Position numbers and translations under genes: made by a program
NCBI GenBank assembly: GCA_036676495.1
Contig: JAKFCT010000074.1
Coordinates: 1 to 14,480 of the forward strand
DNA: 14,480 nt
Direction of reading: 5' to 3'
Source: Candidatus Sericytochromatia bacterium
GTDB lineage: Bacteria; Cyanobacteriota; Sericytochromatia; S15B-MN24; UBA4093
In this document: piece after piece, positions 1 through 7,976 of the stretch
How positions within the stretch are numbered: position 1 is the first letter of the stretch
Layout of the letters: each line of letters begins with the position of its first letter
The notes under the pieces: model-generated
What the model was told of the DNA's origin: nothing
Seen by the model: only the letters and a program-made list of their open reading frames with translations
The model's database searches: none

Positions 1-156
1 GAGGAGTGGAAGCAAGAGGCCCTCGGCCACGAGGAGTTCTTCTTCGGCCTGCTCGACAAGCTCCCCCGGGAGTTCACCTTCGAGCGTGAACTGCTGATCT
101 CCAGGCTCTGGCGCTCGCCCGACCACTGGCACCTCGCCCCGGAAATCTCGGAGTAA
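1..156 (+). CDS. pckG: C-terminal fragment of phosphoenolpyruvate carboxykinase (GTP-dependent), truncated by the window edge
   Basis: Frame 1 reads EEWKQEALGHEEFFFGLLDKLPREFTFERELLISRLWRSPDHWHLAPEISE* (TAA 154-156). This resembles the C-terminal W-x-x-E...F...D-x-LP-x-E...L tail of GTP-PEPCKs. Typical codon usage, followed by a strong hairpin. Only 51 aa are visible. Confidence 0.7.
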   Translation, partial: EEWKQEALGHEEFFFGLLDKLPREFTFERELLISRLWRSPDHWHLAPEISE

Positions 157-168
157 TCCCTCCATCGA

Positions 169-205
169 GAAGGGGCCGCCTCCACTTGCGTGAGGCGGCC
201 CCTTC
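169..205 (+). terminator. Stem-loop after the PEPCK stop, probable intrinsic terminator
   Basis: Perfect 14-bp inverted repeat GAAGGGGCCGCCTC (169-182) / GAGGCGGCCCCTTC (192-205) with a 9-nt loop, followed by a weak U-containing tail (GCTCTT). Confidence 0.75.
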
Positions 206-315
206 GCTCTTGCGACTTGCCGTCGTCGCGTGGCGCGCGCTCGCAACTCGCCCGCAAGCCCCACGCCCTCCAGGGGTATAACTCATCTCGGTAGACGACC
301 TGCCGGGAGGAATCT

Positions 316-1911
316 ATGCCCAAGATCGACGGATTGCTGCAGCGCCTGTTGCCCCCTCGCCGGCCCCAGGAACAGGCTCCTGGAGGCTCGACGGCGACTC
401 CGGCGCCCCTCGGGGCCAAAACGCTGACGCCCACCTCCCAGGCCGACGAGCTCCAGCTCTCCAAGTCCCTCCCGCAATTTGCCCCGAACCTCACCTCCGA
501 AGAAAAAGTCCTCATGGGCAAGGGTCTCCTTCCCGGGGTTTACGCCGAACTCAAGGCCCTCATGGAAGAGGACGGCGTCGAGGCTGCCAAGAAAGCCTAC
601 CGGAAAGGCAAGGACGGTCCCTTCGACCCCTCCTTCGGCGATCCCACCCACATGCTCTGGCTCGCCAAGAAGCTCGACGGCAACGCGGAATGGCAACGCC
701 TCGCCAAGGACGTGCAGCCCGGCGATATTCTCATCGAAACCTACAACAAGCCGGAAGACATGATCACCCAGATGACCGGCGGCCCGTTCGTCCACGCGCG
801 CCTCTGCGTGTCGGTCAATCCCCCTGAGTTCATCGAGGCGGTCGGCATCACCGGCAACTCCCAGGACGCGACAAACAACACCGTCCGCTGGAGCCCCCTC
901 CCCTTCTCGGAACGCATGAGCGTCCGTCTCATCCGCCCGACCGAAAACGTGCCCGAGCCTCAGAAGGGCCGGGCCATCGAGGAAGCCATCGCGTACGCCA
1001 AGGATCAACTCGGCAAGCCTTACGACTACACCTACACCAACGTCAACGAGGGCGACGGTCTCACCGATGCCTTCTACTGCAGCGAGCTGGCCTACCTGGC
1101 CTACGCCAGCCCGGAAGGCGCGAACTTCAGCATCCCCATCTCCAAGTCCGCCGAGCGCGACCAGCTGATCGTCGCGGCCAACGACCTGGTGACCGCGCTC
1201 AACCCCCGTGACAAGGAAGCGCTGCTGGACCAGTCCCTCAAGCTCTTCACGCGCAACCCCAAGCCCACGGGCACCGAGATGGTCGCCTTCCTGGTCGACA
1301 ACGTCATGACCAAGTGCGAGGCCACCGAGAAGCTCACCGCCACGCCGGAGGATCGCGAGCGCCTCAAGAAGACCATCCAGTCCCTCATGGAAGGCAAGGC
1401 CTTCCCCAGCCTCCACCAGGCGATCGCCGAGTTCAACGCCGACGAGGCCAACGGCAAGCACGACGGCTTCCTCGGCTGGGGCCAGGAGCAGAAGAACCGG
1501 CTGGACATCGGCGTCGGCCTCGGCAAGGACATCGCTCACCTGATCGGCACCAGCGGCCTCAACTTCCAGGAGAGCATCAAGGCCGGCTGGGACGTGGCGA
1601 ATGCCCTCCTGCCCCACTCGGAGGTGCTCATGTCCTTCCTGTACGGCCCCGACGACGGCCGCACGCAGATGGCCGGCAAGGTGCTCGATTCACTCGATTG
1701 GTTGAAGAAGAACGTTCCGGACCTTCCCGTGATCGGAGATCTCGGCATCGGCAACCTGCCGGAGCGCGCGAAGCCCACCCTCAAGACGGATTTCGTCAGC
1801 CCCACGGACCTGGCCTGGGCCGACCTGCCTCACTCCGACTACAACGTGAAAAGCGACTTCCCGATCGATCAGGAAGGCTACGAGAAGTACGCCGCCAAGG
1901 CCGCCAGCTAA
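316..1911 (+). CDS. Permuted papain-like NlpC/P60 (YiiX/YebB-like) cysteine hydrolase, 531 aa
   Basis: SD GGGAGGA just upstream of the ATG. Motifs occur in permuted order: VQPGDILI, His160 (FVHARL), GKPYDY, FYCSELAY (Cys255), and a late FVSPTDL. Confidence 0.85.
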   Translation: MPKIDGLLQRLLPPRRPQEQAPGGSTATPAPLGAKTLTPTSQADELQLSKSLPQFAPNLTSEEKVLMGKGLLPGVYAELKALMEEDGVEAAKKAYRKGKDGPFDPSFGDPTHMLWLAKKLDGNAEWQRLAKDVQPGDILIETYNKPEDMITQMTGGPFVHARLCVSVNPPEFIEAVGITGNSQDATNNTVRWSPLPFSERMSVRLIRPTENVPEPQKGRAIEEAIAYAKDQLGKPYDYTYTNVNEGDGLTDAFYCSELAYLAYASPEGANFSIPISKSAERDQLIVAANDLVTALNPRDKEALLDQSLKLFTRNPKPTGTEMVAFLVDNVMTKCEATEKLTATPEDRERLKKTIQSLMEGKAFPSLHQAIAEFNADEANGKHDGFLGWGQEQKNRLDIGVGLGKDIAHLIGTSGLNFQESIKAGWDVANALLPHSEVLMSFLYGPDDGRTQMAGKVLDSLDWLKKNVPDLPVIGDLGIGNLPERAKPTLKTDFVSPTDLAWADLPHSDYNVKSDFPIDQEGYEKYAAKAAS

Positions 1912-1914
1912 ACC

Positions 1915-1940
1915 GACGCCCCGGGTTTCCCCGGGACGTC
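1915..1940. terminator. Hairpin between convergent genes, possible bidirectional terminator
   Basis: GACGCCCCGGG-TTTC-CCCGGGACGTC (one mismatch), lying between the stops at 1911 (+) and 1944 (-). Confidence 0.6.
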
Positions 1941-1943
1941 GCT

Positions 1944-3116
1944 TCATGCGGTCTCGAGGGGCTTGAGGACGATCTTGCGGCAGTTCTCCTCGTGCGCATC
2001 GAAGATCGCGTAACCCCGGGGGGCCTCGGACAACGGCATGCGGTGGGTGATGATCTGGTCGGGCTGAAAGACTCCTGACTGGATGAGCTCCAGCAACTCC
2101 GGCACGTAGCGCTGGACATGGGTCTGTCCCATCTTGAAGGTCAGCCCCTTGTCGAAGGCATCCCCCAAGAGGAAGCCATGCACGAAGCCGGCGTAGACTC
2201 CGGGGATGCTCACCGTCCCTCCGCGCCGCACGGCGGCGATGCACTGGCGAATGGCGGCCCCGGTGCTGCCTTCCAGCTTCATCTTCACCATGGCGGACTC
2301 CAGGCGGCTCCCCTTGGCCTCGAAGCCCACCGCATCAATGGCCACGTCGACCCCGCGCCTATCGGTCTGCTCCACGATCCAGCCGGCGGCATCCCGGTCG
2401 TGGAAGTTGATCGGGATGACCCCGAAGCGCTTCTCGGCAAAGCTGAGGCGGTAATCCGCCTCGTCAATCATATAAATCGTGTCTGCGCCCAGGTGTCGGG
2501 CGCTCATGGCGGCCATGAGGCCGACCGGTCCGGCCCCATAGATCGCCACCGAGGCTCCCGGCAGGATTCCTGCTTGAACGGCGGCCTGGTAACCGGTGGG
2601 AAGGATGTCGGTCAGGAAGAGGACCTGCTCGTCGGTGAGGGGTTCGGGGACGGCGAAGGGATTGGCGTTGCCCTTGAGGACCCTGACGTACTCCGCCTGG
2701 CCTCCGGAGACCCCGCCGTAGAGGTGGGTGTAGCCGTAGAGGGCCGCCGGAGAGCGGAGGGACTTCTTGTTGAGGGCGGCTCCGGTGTCGGGGTTGGTGG
2801 TCTCGCAGCATGACCAGAGGTCATGCGTGCAGAAGTAGCAATGGCCGCAGCCGATGGCAAAGGGCACGATGACGCGATCACCCGGCTTGAAGCGGGTCAC
2901 GGCGGGCCCCACCTCCTCGACGATGCCCATGAACTCGTGGCCCAGGATATCTCCGGGCTTCATGCCGGGGACATTGCCGTGGTACATGTGCAGGTCCGAG
3001 CCGCAGATGGCCGTGGACGTGACCCGGAGGATCAGGTCGTCTTCCGCCTGAATCGAGGGATCCGGCACGGTCTCGACCCGGAAGTCGCGAGGCCCGTGGT
3101 AAACGACTGCCTTCAC
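1944..3116 (-). CDS. ybdR: Zinc-dependent alcohol dehydrogenase (MDR superfamily, YbdR / formaldehyde dehydrogenase-like), 390 aa
   Basis: GTG start with SD AGGAGG. Catalytic Zn motifs ICGSDLH and GHEFMG, structural Zn motif CGHCYFC...C, Rossmann GAGPVG. The segment GAALNKK...[24 protein letters not shown] closely resembles E. coli YbdR as recalled. Confidence 0.92.
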   Translation of the reverse strand: MKAVVYHGPRDFRVETVPDPSIQAEDDLILRVTSTAICGSDLHMYHGNVPGMKPGDILGHEFMGIVEEVGPAVTRFKPGDRVIVPFAIGCGHCYFCTHDLWSCCETTNPDTGAALNKKSLRSPAALYGYTHLYGGVSGGQAEYVRVLKGNANPFAVPEPLTDEQVLFLTDILPTGYQAAVQAGILPGASVAIYGAGPVGLMAAMSARHLGADTIYMIDEADYRLSFAEKRFGVIPINFHDRDAAGWIVEQTDRRGVDVAIDAVGFEAKGSRLESAMVKMKLEGSTGAAIRQCIAAVRRGGTVSIPGVYAGFVHGFLLGDAFDKGLTFKMGQTHVQRYVPELLELIQSGVFQPDQIITHRMPLSEAPRGYAIFDAHEENCRKIVLKPLETA

Positions 3117-3277
3117 GGATCCCTCCTATTCTCGCGTCAACGGCGACTCGCTCATGCGCGTGCCTGCCGGCCGCGTGAGCCATGAGGGTGATAGCACGTG
3201 CATGCCTCCGAGCCGGATTATCCGGCACCCGGGGAAGGCGTGCAACGCCTGGCCTCCCGCTTGCCACCATGTCGACG

Positions 3278-3303
3278 GTTAAGCGCCCGGACATCGCGGG
3301 AAC
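3278..3303 (+). promoter_or_regulatory. Possible alternative-sigma (SigB/SigF-like) promoter GTTAAG-N14-GGGAAC
   Basis: Resembles the SigB-type consensus GTTTAA-N12-14-GGGWAW and ends 28 nt upstream of the ATG at 3332. Confidence 0.35.
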
Positions 3304-3331
3304 AAGAGAGGAAGCCCCCGAGGAGGTGCAC

Positions 3332-4570
3332 ATGACGCGTTCGATTTCTACGGCTTCCCCGGTTTCCCGTTCCACCCCCCTGCCGGCGACGAGCCCGGTC
3401 GAGCCCCCGAAGGCTCCCGTTTCGTCCGCGGCGGTGTCGCGGGGCGATCGCCTGAACCTGGGTGGCTCGCGCGATCCCCTCCTCGAAGCCGATCTCCGGC
3501 TCAAGGTCGTCGAAGGGCCCCGCTTGCTCGCCAACGGTCAGGTCGGCTTCAGCCGGACCTTCCTCGAGCGGCTCCTCAAGCACTCCCTCTCCAAGGGCGA
3601 GACCCTCTCCAATGCCCAGGTTTCCTTCGACCCGACGCGTGGGGCGTACTCCGTACGCGCATCCGCGAAGGTGAAGGGCCTGAACGTTCCCTTCACCGTG
3701 GAGCTCAAGCCCGAGGTCATCGGCCAAGGCGTCGGCTTCAAGCTCGACAACCTGCGCATCCCCCTGGGCGAGTCCGGCCGCTTCGGGATCCAGCACCAGT
3801 GGCTCACGGGCAAGGTCTGCGAGGAGCTGGCCAAGGAACTCGCCTGGAGCCTCGGAGCCAAGGCCCATCCGGATCAGGGCGTCGTGACCCTGGACCCGAA
3901 CGCCATCCTTCACCACGTCAACGCCTTGCCGCAAGGCCTCGGGATCGACCTCGCGCGGACCGCGCTGCGCACGACGGTCTCGGCCACGGGGGATCTGACC
4001 CTGGGCATGAGCGCCGCGGGGCTGGCTCCGGCCGCCGACACCTCGGAACACTCCGATCTCGCGGTGGAAGCGGATGCCGCGGGCTTGCAAGCGCTGCTCA
4101 AGAGCGTGCTCGCTCCCGATTACGAGGTCGGCAAGGTGACGCTGAAGGACGGCGGCCTGACGATCGACGGACAAGCGGAGTTCAAGGACGGCAGCGACGT
4201 CATCAATGCCGGCAAGGTGCTCGTCGCCTTGATCGGCCTGGCGGCCGGAGACGCCCGTGCCGCCGGCAGGCCGCTGGAAGCCACCCGCTTGATGATCCCG
4301 CTGGATCTGGACCTCACGATCACGGGCACCGAGCTGCGGGTGAAGCCCAGCATCGGAAAGGCGTTGGGAGAGCTCGCCAAGACCTTCGAAGCGGCGGGCC
4401 TGTCGCCGGTTCAGGAGGGCGGAAGCCTGCGGGTGGATCTCTCCGCCATCCTGAAGGATCGGGGGCGGTTCGAGACCATGCAGTTCCGGAAGGACGGCAT
4501 GCAGGTTCGGATGAAGCTCGACCTCGACGCGTTCATCGCCAACCCGGCCATCAACGGGGCAGGGGGTTAG
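3332..4570 (+). CDS. Hypothetical protein, 412 aa, with a low-complexity N-terminus and two possible TULIP/DUF2993-like domains
   Basis: SD AGGAGGT upstream of ATG 3332, preferred over the ORF-track start at 3182. Typical high-GC3 codon usage. Two segments show a helix followed by long amphipathic beta-strands. Confidence 0.75.
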   Translation: MTRSISTASPVSRSTPLPATSPVEPPKAPVSSAAVSRGDRLNLGGSRDPLLEADLRLKVVEGPRLLANGQVGFSRTFLERLLKHSLSKGETLSNAQVSFDPTRGAYSVRASAKVKGLNVPFTVELKPEVIGQGVGFKLDNLRIPLGESGRFGIQHQWLTGKVCEELAKELAWSLGAKAHPDQGVVTLDPNAILHHVNALPQGLGIDLARTALRTTVSATGDLTLGMSAAGLAPAADTSEHSDLAVEADAAGLQALLKSVLAPDYEVGKVTLKDGGLTIDGQAEFKDGSDVINAGKVLVALIGLAAGDARAAGRPLEATRLMIPLDLDLTITGTELRVKPSIGKALGELAKTFEAAGLSPVQEGGSLRVDLSAILKDRGRFETMQFRKDGMQVRMKLDLDAFIANPAINGAGG

Positions 4571-4575
4571 CGTCC

Positions 4576-4597
4576 GCGCAGGCAGAGACGCCTGCGC
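4576..4597. terminator. Hairpin between convergent genes
   Basis: GCGCAGGC-AGAGAC-GCCTGCGC, an 8-bp stem between the stops at 4570 (+) and 4610 (-). Confidence 0.5.
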
Positions 4598-4609
4598 CAC
4601 GGATTCTAT

Positions 4610-4987
4610 CTAGGGAAGCAGGTAGCCGATGATGCGGGCGGACGGGCTGGCGTTGGCCGGCACGTCGTAAAGGGTGGCGACCCCGCGGCGGCCCATGCCG
4701 ACCGGCAAGTAGTTGACGACCTGATCGAGCGGGGGTGGGCCGCCGGGAGCGTCGATCCGCACGATCACGCGTTCAGCGGCGGCCGTCCCGCGGTTGCGCA
4801 GCTCGAAGCGAACGATCATGTGATCCCCTTTGCGCTCCACGCCGGTAATCGCGGCGCTGAGAAGCTCCACCGTGGGCTGGCCGGGCCGCTCAAGGACGAT
4901 CAGTCCCACGAGCAGGCCGATGATGACGCTCAGCCCCAGCCCGAAGGCCGTCATCTCGATGCGGCGCTGCCACTTGGCATCCTTCAT
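4610..4987 (-). CDS. TIGR02588-family protein (N-terminal TM helix plus small beta domain), 125 aa
   Basis: The real start is ATG 4987, which overlaps the upstream stop (ATGA). Sequence MKDAKWQRRIEMTAFGLGLSVIIGLLVGLIV...VRFELRNRGTAAAERVIV...VNYLP...RRG...ARIIGYLLP. This is the usual partner of TIGR02587. Confidence 0.8.
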   Translation of the reverse strand: MKDAKWQRRIEMTAFGLGLSVIIGLLVGLIVLERPGQPTVELLSAAITGVERKGDHMIVRFELRNRGTAAAERVIVRIDAPGGPPPLDQVVNYLPVGMGRRGVATLYDVPANASPSARIIGYLLP

Positions 4988-5823
4988 ACGACCAGCCTCC
5001 CGGCGGCCCCGCCGATGGTGCAGGGCAGGCCCAGCACCAGCATCATCCCGAGGACCTGATGGACGGAGATGCCTTCGACGAGGTAGCCCATGAACCAGAG
5101 CAGGACGAAGGCGACCAGCAGCGCGAGGCCGTAGCTCATGAGGGTCTCGCCCCAGGGGGACTGCAGGATGCCTTTTGCGGCCAGGCGGTTGGATTGTCCG
5201 GAGAGATCCGCCATGAAGATCAGGGCGTAGGAGACGAGGAGCGAGAGGATCGCGAAGGCCAGGCCGTGCAGCCATGAGCCCTGGATGGCGATCGCCAGGA
5301 CCTCCTCGTTCGGGGCCACGCTCAGGCCCAGGAAGACGCCTCCGACCACCGTCATGCCGAAGTCGGCCAGGTCCGCCTGGAGGCCCTTGAGGCGGGACGG
5401 ACGCTCGCCTTTGCCGCCAAGAAGCGAGCGCGCCAGCGAGAAGCCGATCGCCGTGGGCACGGCCAGGATCATGACCTGCTTGATCAGGGAGAGCAGGGGG
5501 GTCTCCGGGACGATTACTCCCATGACCCAGAGCATGAGGGCCGCGACCAGGGAGCTGAGGCCCAGGGAAGTCGCAGAGTCCTCGAGGTAGTCGCGAAGGG
5601 TATCGGCCTCGCGGAAGCCCGAGAAGAGGTTGAGCCCGACGCAGAGCCCGTAGCCGAGCAGGAAGAAGAGGAGGATCTTCCAGGTCGGGGTGGAATGCGC
5701 CAGCCACCAGACCTCCATGGTGTAGAGGACGGGGATGGCGAAGACCAGGGCGCCGCAGGCTCCCCGCACGAGGCAAGCCAGCTCGTCCTGCTGGGCGGGG
5801 GCGGGGGCGGAGTTCTCGGGCAT
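4984..5823 (-). CDS. TIGR02587 / DUF2391-family integral membrane protein, about 279 aa
   Basis: Motifs RGACGALVFAIPVLYTMEVWW, SVAPNEEV and LGLPCTIGGAAGRL, plus multiple TM segments. ATG 5823 has SD GGAGG 5 nt upstream (the ORF-track GTG at 5829 lies within the SD). Confidence 0.88.
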   Translation of the reverse strand: MPENSAPAPAQQDELACLVRGACGALVFAIPVLYTMEVWWLAHSTPTWKILLFFLLGYGLCVGLNLFSGFREADTLRDYLEDSATSLGLSSLVAALMLWVMGVIVPETPLLSLIKQVMILAVPTAIGFSLARSLLGGKGERPSRLKGLQADLADFGMTVVGGVFLGLSVAPNEEVLAIAIQGSWLHGLAFAILSLLVSYALIFMADLSGQSNRLAAKGILQSPWGETLMSYGLALLVAFVLLWFMGYLVEGISVHQVLGMMLVLGLPCTIGGAAGRLVV

Positions 5824-5829
5824 GCGCAC

Positions 5830-5863
5830 CTCCGTCCCCCATGCTGCATGACGGGGGACGGAG
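5830..5863 (-). promoter_or_regulatory. 11-bp GC-rich stem-loop overlapping the SD of the TIGR02587 gene
   Basis: Perfect inverted repeat CTCCGTCCCCC (5830-5840) / GGGGGACGGAG (5853-5863). On the minus-strand mRNA the 3' arm contains GGAG of the SD. Confidence 0.6.
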
Positions 5864-5911
5864 AGGCTTCGGGCGCAAAGGCGAGCTTCGTCGTCGAAGG
5901 TGACGAGGGCG

Positions 5912-7909
5912 TCAGTCCACCTTGACCGGGCTCAACAGGCCCATCAGCTGGTTCAACTGGGCCTGGGTTCCCATCACCAGGATCTCGTCATGCCCGCGCA
6001 GCACCTTGTCGGCCTTGGGGTTCGGGATGGTCTTGCCATCCTGGCGAACGGCCAGCACGCCCACGCCGGTGCGCCCGCGCACGTCCGCTTCGCGGAGGCT
6101 GTGCCCGTCGAGGGGCGAGCCCAGGGGCACCTCCAGCCAGAGCAGTTCCGCTTCTCCCAGGGCCTCGAGGAGGTCGGGAGTGGTGTCGGGGTTGAAGTCG
6201 TCCTGGAACTGGCGGTAGCCTTCCTTGCGGATCTGGTGGGAGTAGCGCTGGATCTCGCGGCTGGTGTAGCCCAGCTTGGCGAGGGTGTAGCGGATGACTT
6301 CGATGCTGGCCTCGAACTCCGGCTGGACGACTTCCTCGGCCCCCAGCTGATAGAGGCCGGCCACGTCCTGGCTGCGCTGGGCCCGGGCGATGACGTCGAG
6401 CTTGGGGTTGATCTGCTTGGCGTTGGCCATGGCCATCTGGCAGGCGAGGGGGTCGGGCAGGGCCACCACCATGACGCGGGCCAGCTCGAGGCGCGCGTGG
6501 CGCAACACCTCGATGTTGGAGGAGTCGCCGTAGAGGCAGGGCACGCCGCGGGCGCGCAGCTCCTGGATGCGGACGTGATCGATGTCGATGACGAGCACGG
6601 GGAGGCCGCTGCGGACCAGGACCTTGCCGAGGTTGCTGCCGACCCGGCCGAAGCCGCAGATCACGATGTGATCGACCAGGCCCGTCAACTCGGCCGTCGC
6701 GACGGATTCGCTGCGCCTGCGCGCGGAGGCCTGATGGATGAAGGGGAGGCGTTGCAGCAGCCGATACAGCGGGGTCGCGCCCTGCATCATCAGCGGGGTG
6801 ACGAGAATGGAGAGGAGAGCGCTCGCGAGGATGATCGAGAAGAAATCATCGGTGAAGAGGCCGTCCTGACGCCCCATCTTGGCGAGCACGAAGGAGAATT
6901 CCCCGATCTGGGCGAGGCCCATGCCGACGGCGAGGGAGGTGCGCCCCGAGTAGCCGAAGAGGCGGGTGATGCCCGCGATCAGGACCGCCTTGCCGAGGAC
7001 GATGGCGAGCGTCAGGCCGCCGACGGCCGGCAGGTGGGTGATCAAGAAGGCGGGGTTGATCAGCATGCCGACCGAGACGAAGAAGAGGGTGGCGAAGAGG
7101 TCCCGCAGGGGGATGACGTCGGCGAGGATCTGGTGGCTGTGGTCGGACTCCGAGACCACCATGCCCGCGAGGAAGGCGCCCAGGGCCAGGGAGAGGCCGA
7201 AGGAATAGGTGATGGCGGCCGTGCCGAAGCAGAGGGCGACCGAGGAGAGCAGGAAGAGCTCGCGGCTGCGGGTGGCGGCGATGCGGGCCATGATCTTGGG
7301 GATGAGGCGGGTGCCGACCACGCCGAGCAGCGCGAGGATCAGGGCGGCCTTGCCGAGGGCGAAGAGCATGGGCAAGCCGAAGATCTTGGCGGGGTCGCTG
7401 AGGTTGGGGAGGATGACCATCATGGGCACGACGCTCAGGTCCTGGACGATCAGGAGGCCGAGGGCGATGCGGCCGTGCATGGAGTCGAGCTCGCCGCGCT
7501 CCATGAGGACCTTGAGGACGATGACGGTGCTGGAGATGGCGATGATGCAGCCGAGCAGGATGCCGGCGCCGAGGGAGAGGCCGAAGAGGGTGGAGACGCC
7601 TCCGGCGAGGGCGATCGCCAGCAGGATCTGGAGAGCGCCGCCGATGACGGCCACCTTGTAGACGGGCTTGAGCTCGGCCAGGGAGAATTCGACGCCGAGG
7701 GCGAACATCAGGAGCGCCACGCCGATCTCGGCGAACATCTCGATGGTGTGGACGTCCGAGACGAAGCCGAGCGCGTAGGGCCCGACCAGCAGGCCGCCGA
7801 TCAGGTAGCCGATGATGATGGGTTGCTTGAGACGATAGAAGATGGCCCCGCAGGTGATGGCGGCCAGCAAGACGGCAGCCAGATCCTGGAGGAGGCGAAA
7901 GGCATCCAA
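5912..7909 (-). CDS. CPA2-family (KefB/KefC/YbaL-like) cation:proton antiporter with TrkA_N (RCK_N) and TrkA_C (RCK_C) domains, 665 aa
   Basis: TTG start with SD GGAGGA. Motifs AEIGVALLMFALGVEFS, AISSTVIV, LIVQDL, SLALGAFLAG, LFFVSVGM and AQIGEFSF. RCK_N motif HIVICGFGRVG...YGD; C-terminal RCK_C GSPLDGHSL...VLAVRQ...PNP. Confidence 0.95.
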   Translation of the reverse strand: MDAFRLLQDLAAVLLAAITCGAIFYRLKQPIIIGYLIGGLLVGPYALGFVSDVHTIEMFAEIGVALLMFALGVEFSLAELKPVYKVAVIGGALQILLAIALAGGVSTLFGLSLGAGILLGCIIAISSTVIVLKVLMERGELDSMHGRIALGLLIVQDLSVVPMMVILPNLSDPAKIFGLPMLFALGKAALILALLGVVGTRLIPKIMARIAATRSRELFLLSSVALCFGTAAITYSFGLSLALGAFLAGMVVSESDHSHQILADVIPLRDLFATLFFVSVGMLINPAFLITHLPAVGGLTLAIVLGKAVLIAGITRLFGYSGRTSLAVGMGLAQIGEFSFVLAKMGRQDGLFTDDFFSIILASALLSILVTPLMMQGATPLYRLLQRLPFIHQASARRRSESVATAELTGLVDHIVICGFGRVGSNLGKVLVRSGLPVLVIDIDHVRIQELRARGVPCLYGDSSNIEVLRHARLELARVMVVALPDPLACQMAMANAKQINPKLDVIARAQRSQDVAGLYQLGAEEVVQPEFEASIEVIRYTLAKLGYTSREIQRYSHQIRKEGYRQFQDDFNPDTTPDLLEALGEAELLWLEVPLGSPLDGHSLREADVRGRTGVGVLAVRQDGKTIPNPKADKVLRGHDEILVMGTQAQLNQLMGLLSPVKVD

Positions 7910-7976
7910 GGTAGTCCTCCTTTCTCACCCGTGAGGGGGAGAGTGGCGAGTCGCGAAGGTTCGCCTCGTCGAGGCG

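Noticed and set aside
283-1617. 444-aa minus-strand ORF
   Set aside because: Antisense shadow of the NlpC/P60 gene. High-GC3 codon bias removes stops on the opposite strand, and there are no motifs.
3182-3331. N-terminal extension of the 462-aa ORF
   Set aside because: A strong SD sits before ATG 3332, and the extension runs through the divergent promoter region.
3218-4600. 460-aa minus-strand ORF
   Set aside because: Antisense shadow of the 3332..4570 gene.
4988-5878. Upstream 297 aa of ORF 4610..5878
   Set aside because: Arg/Pro/Gly-rich off-frame reading of the TIGR02587 gene. The real protein starts at ATG 4987.
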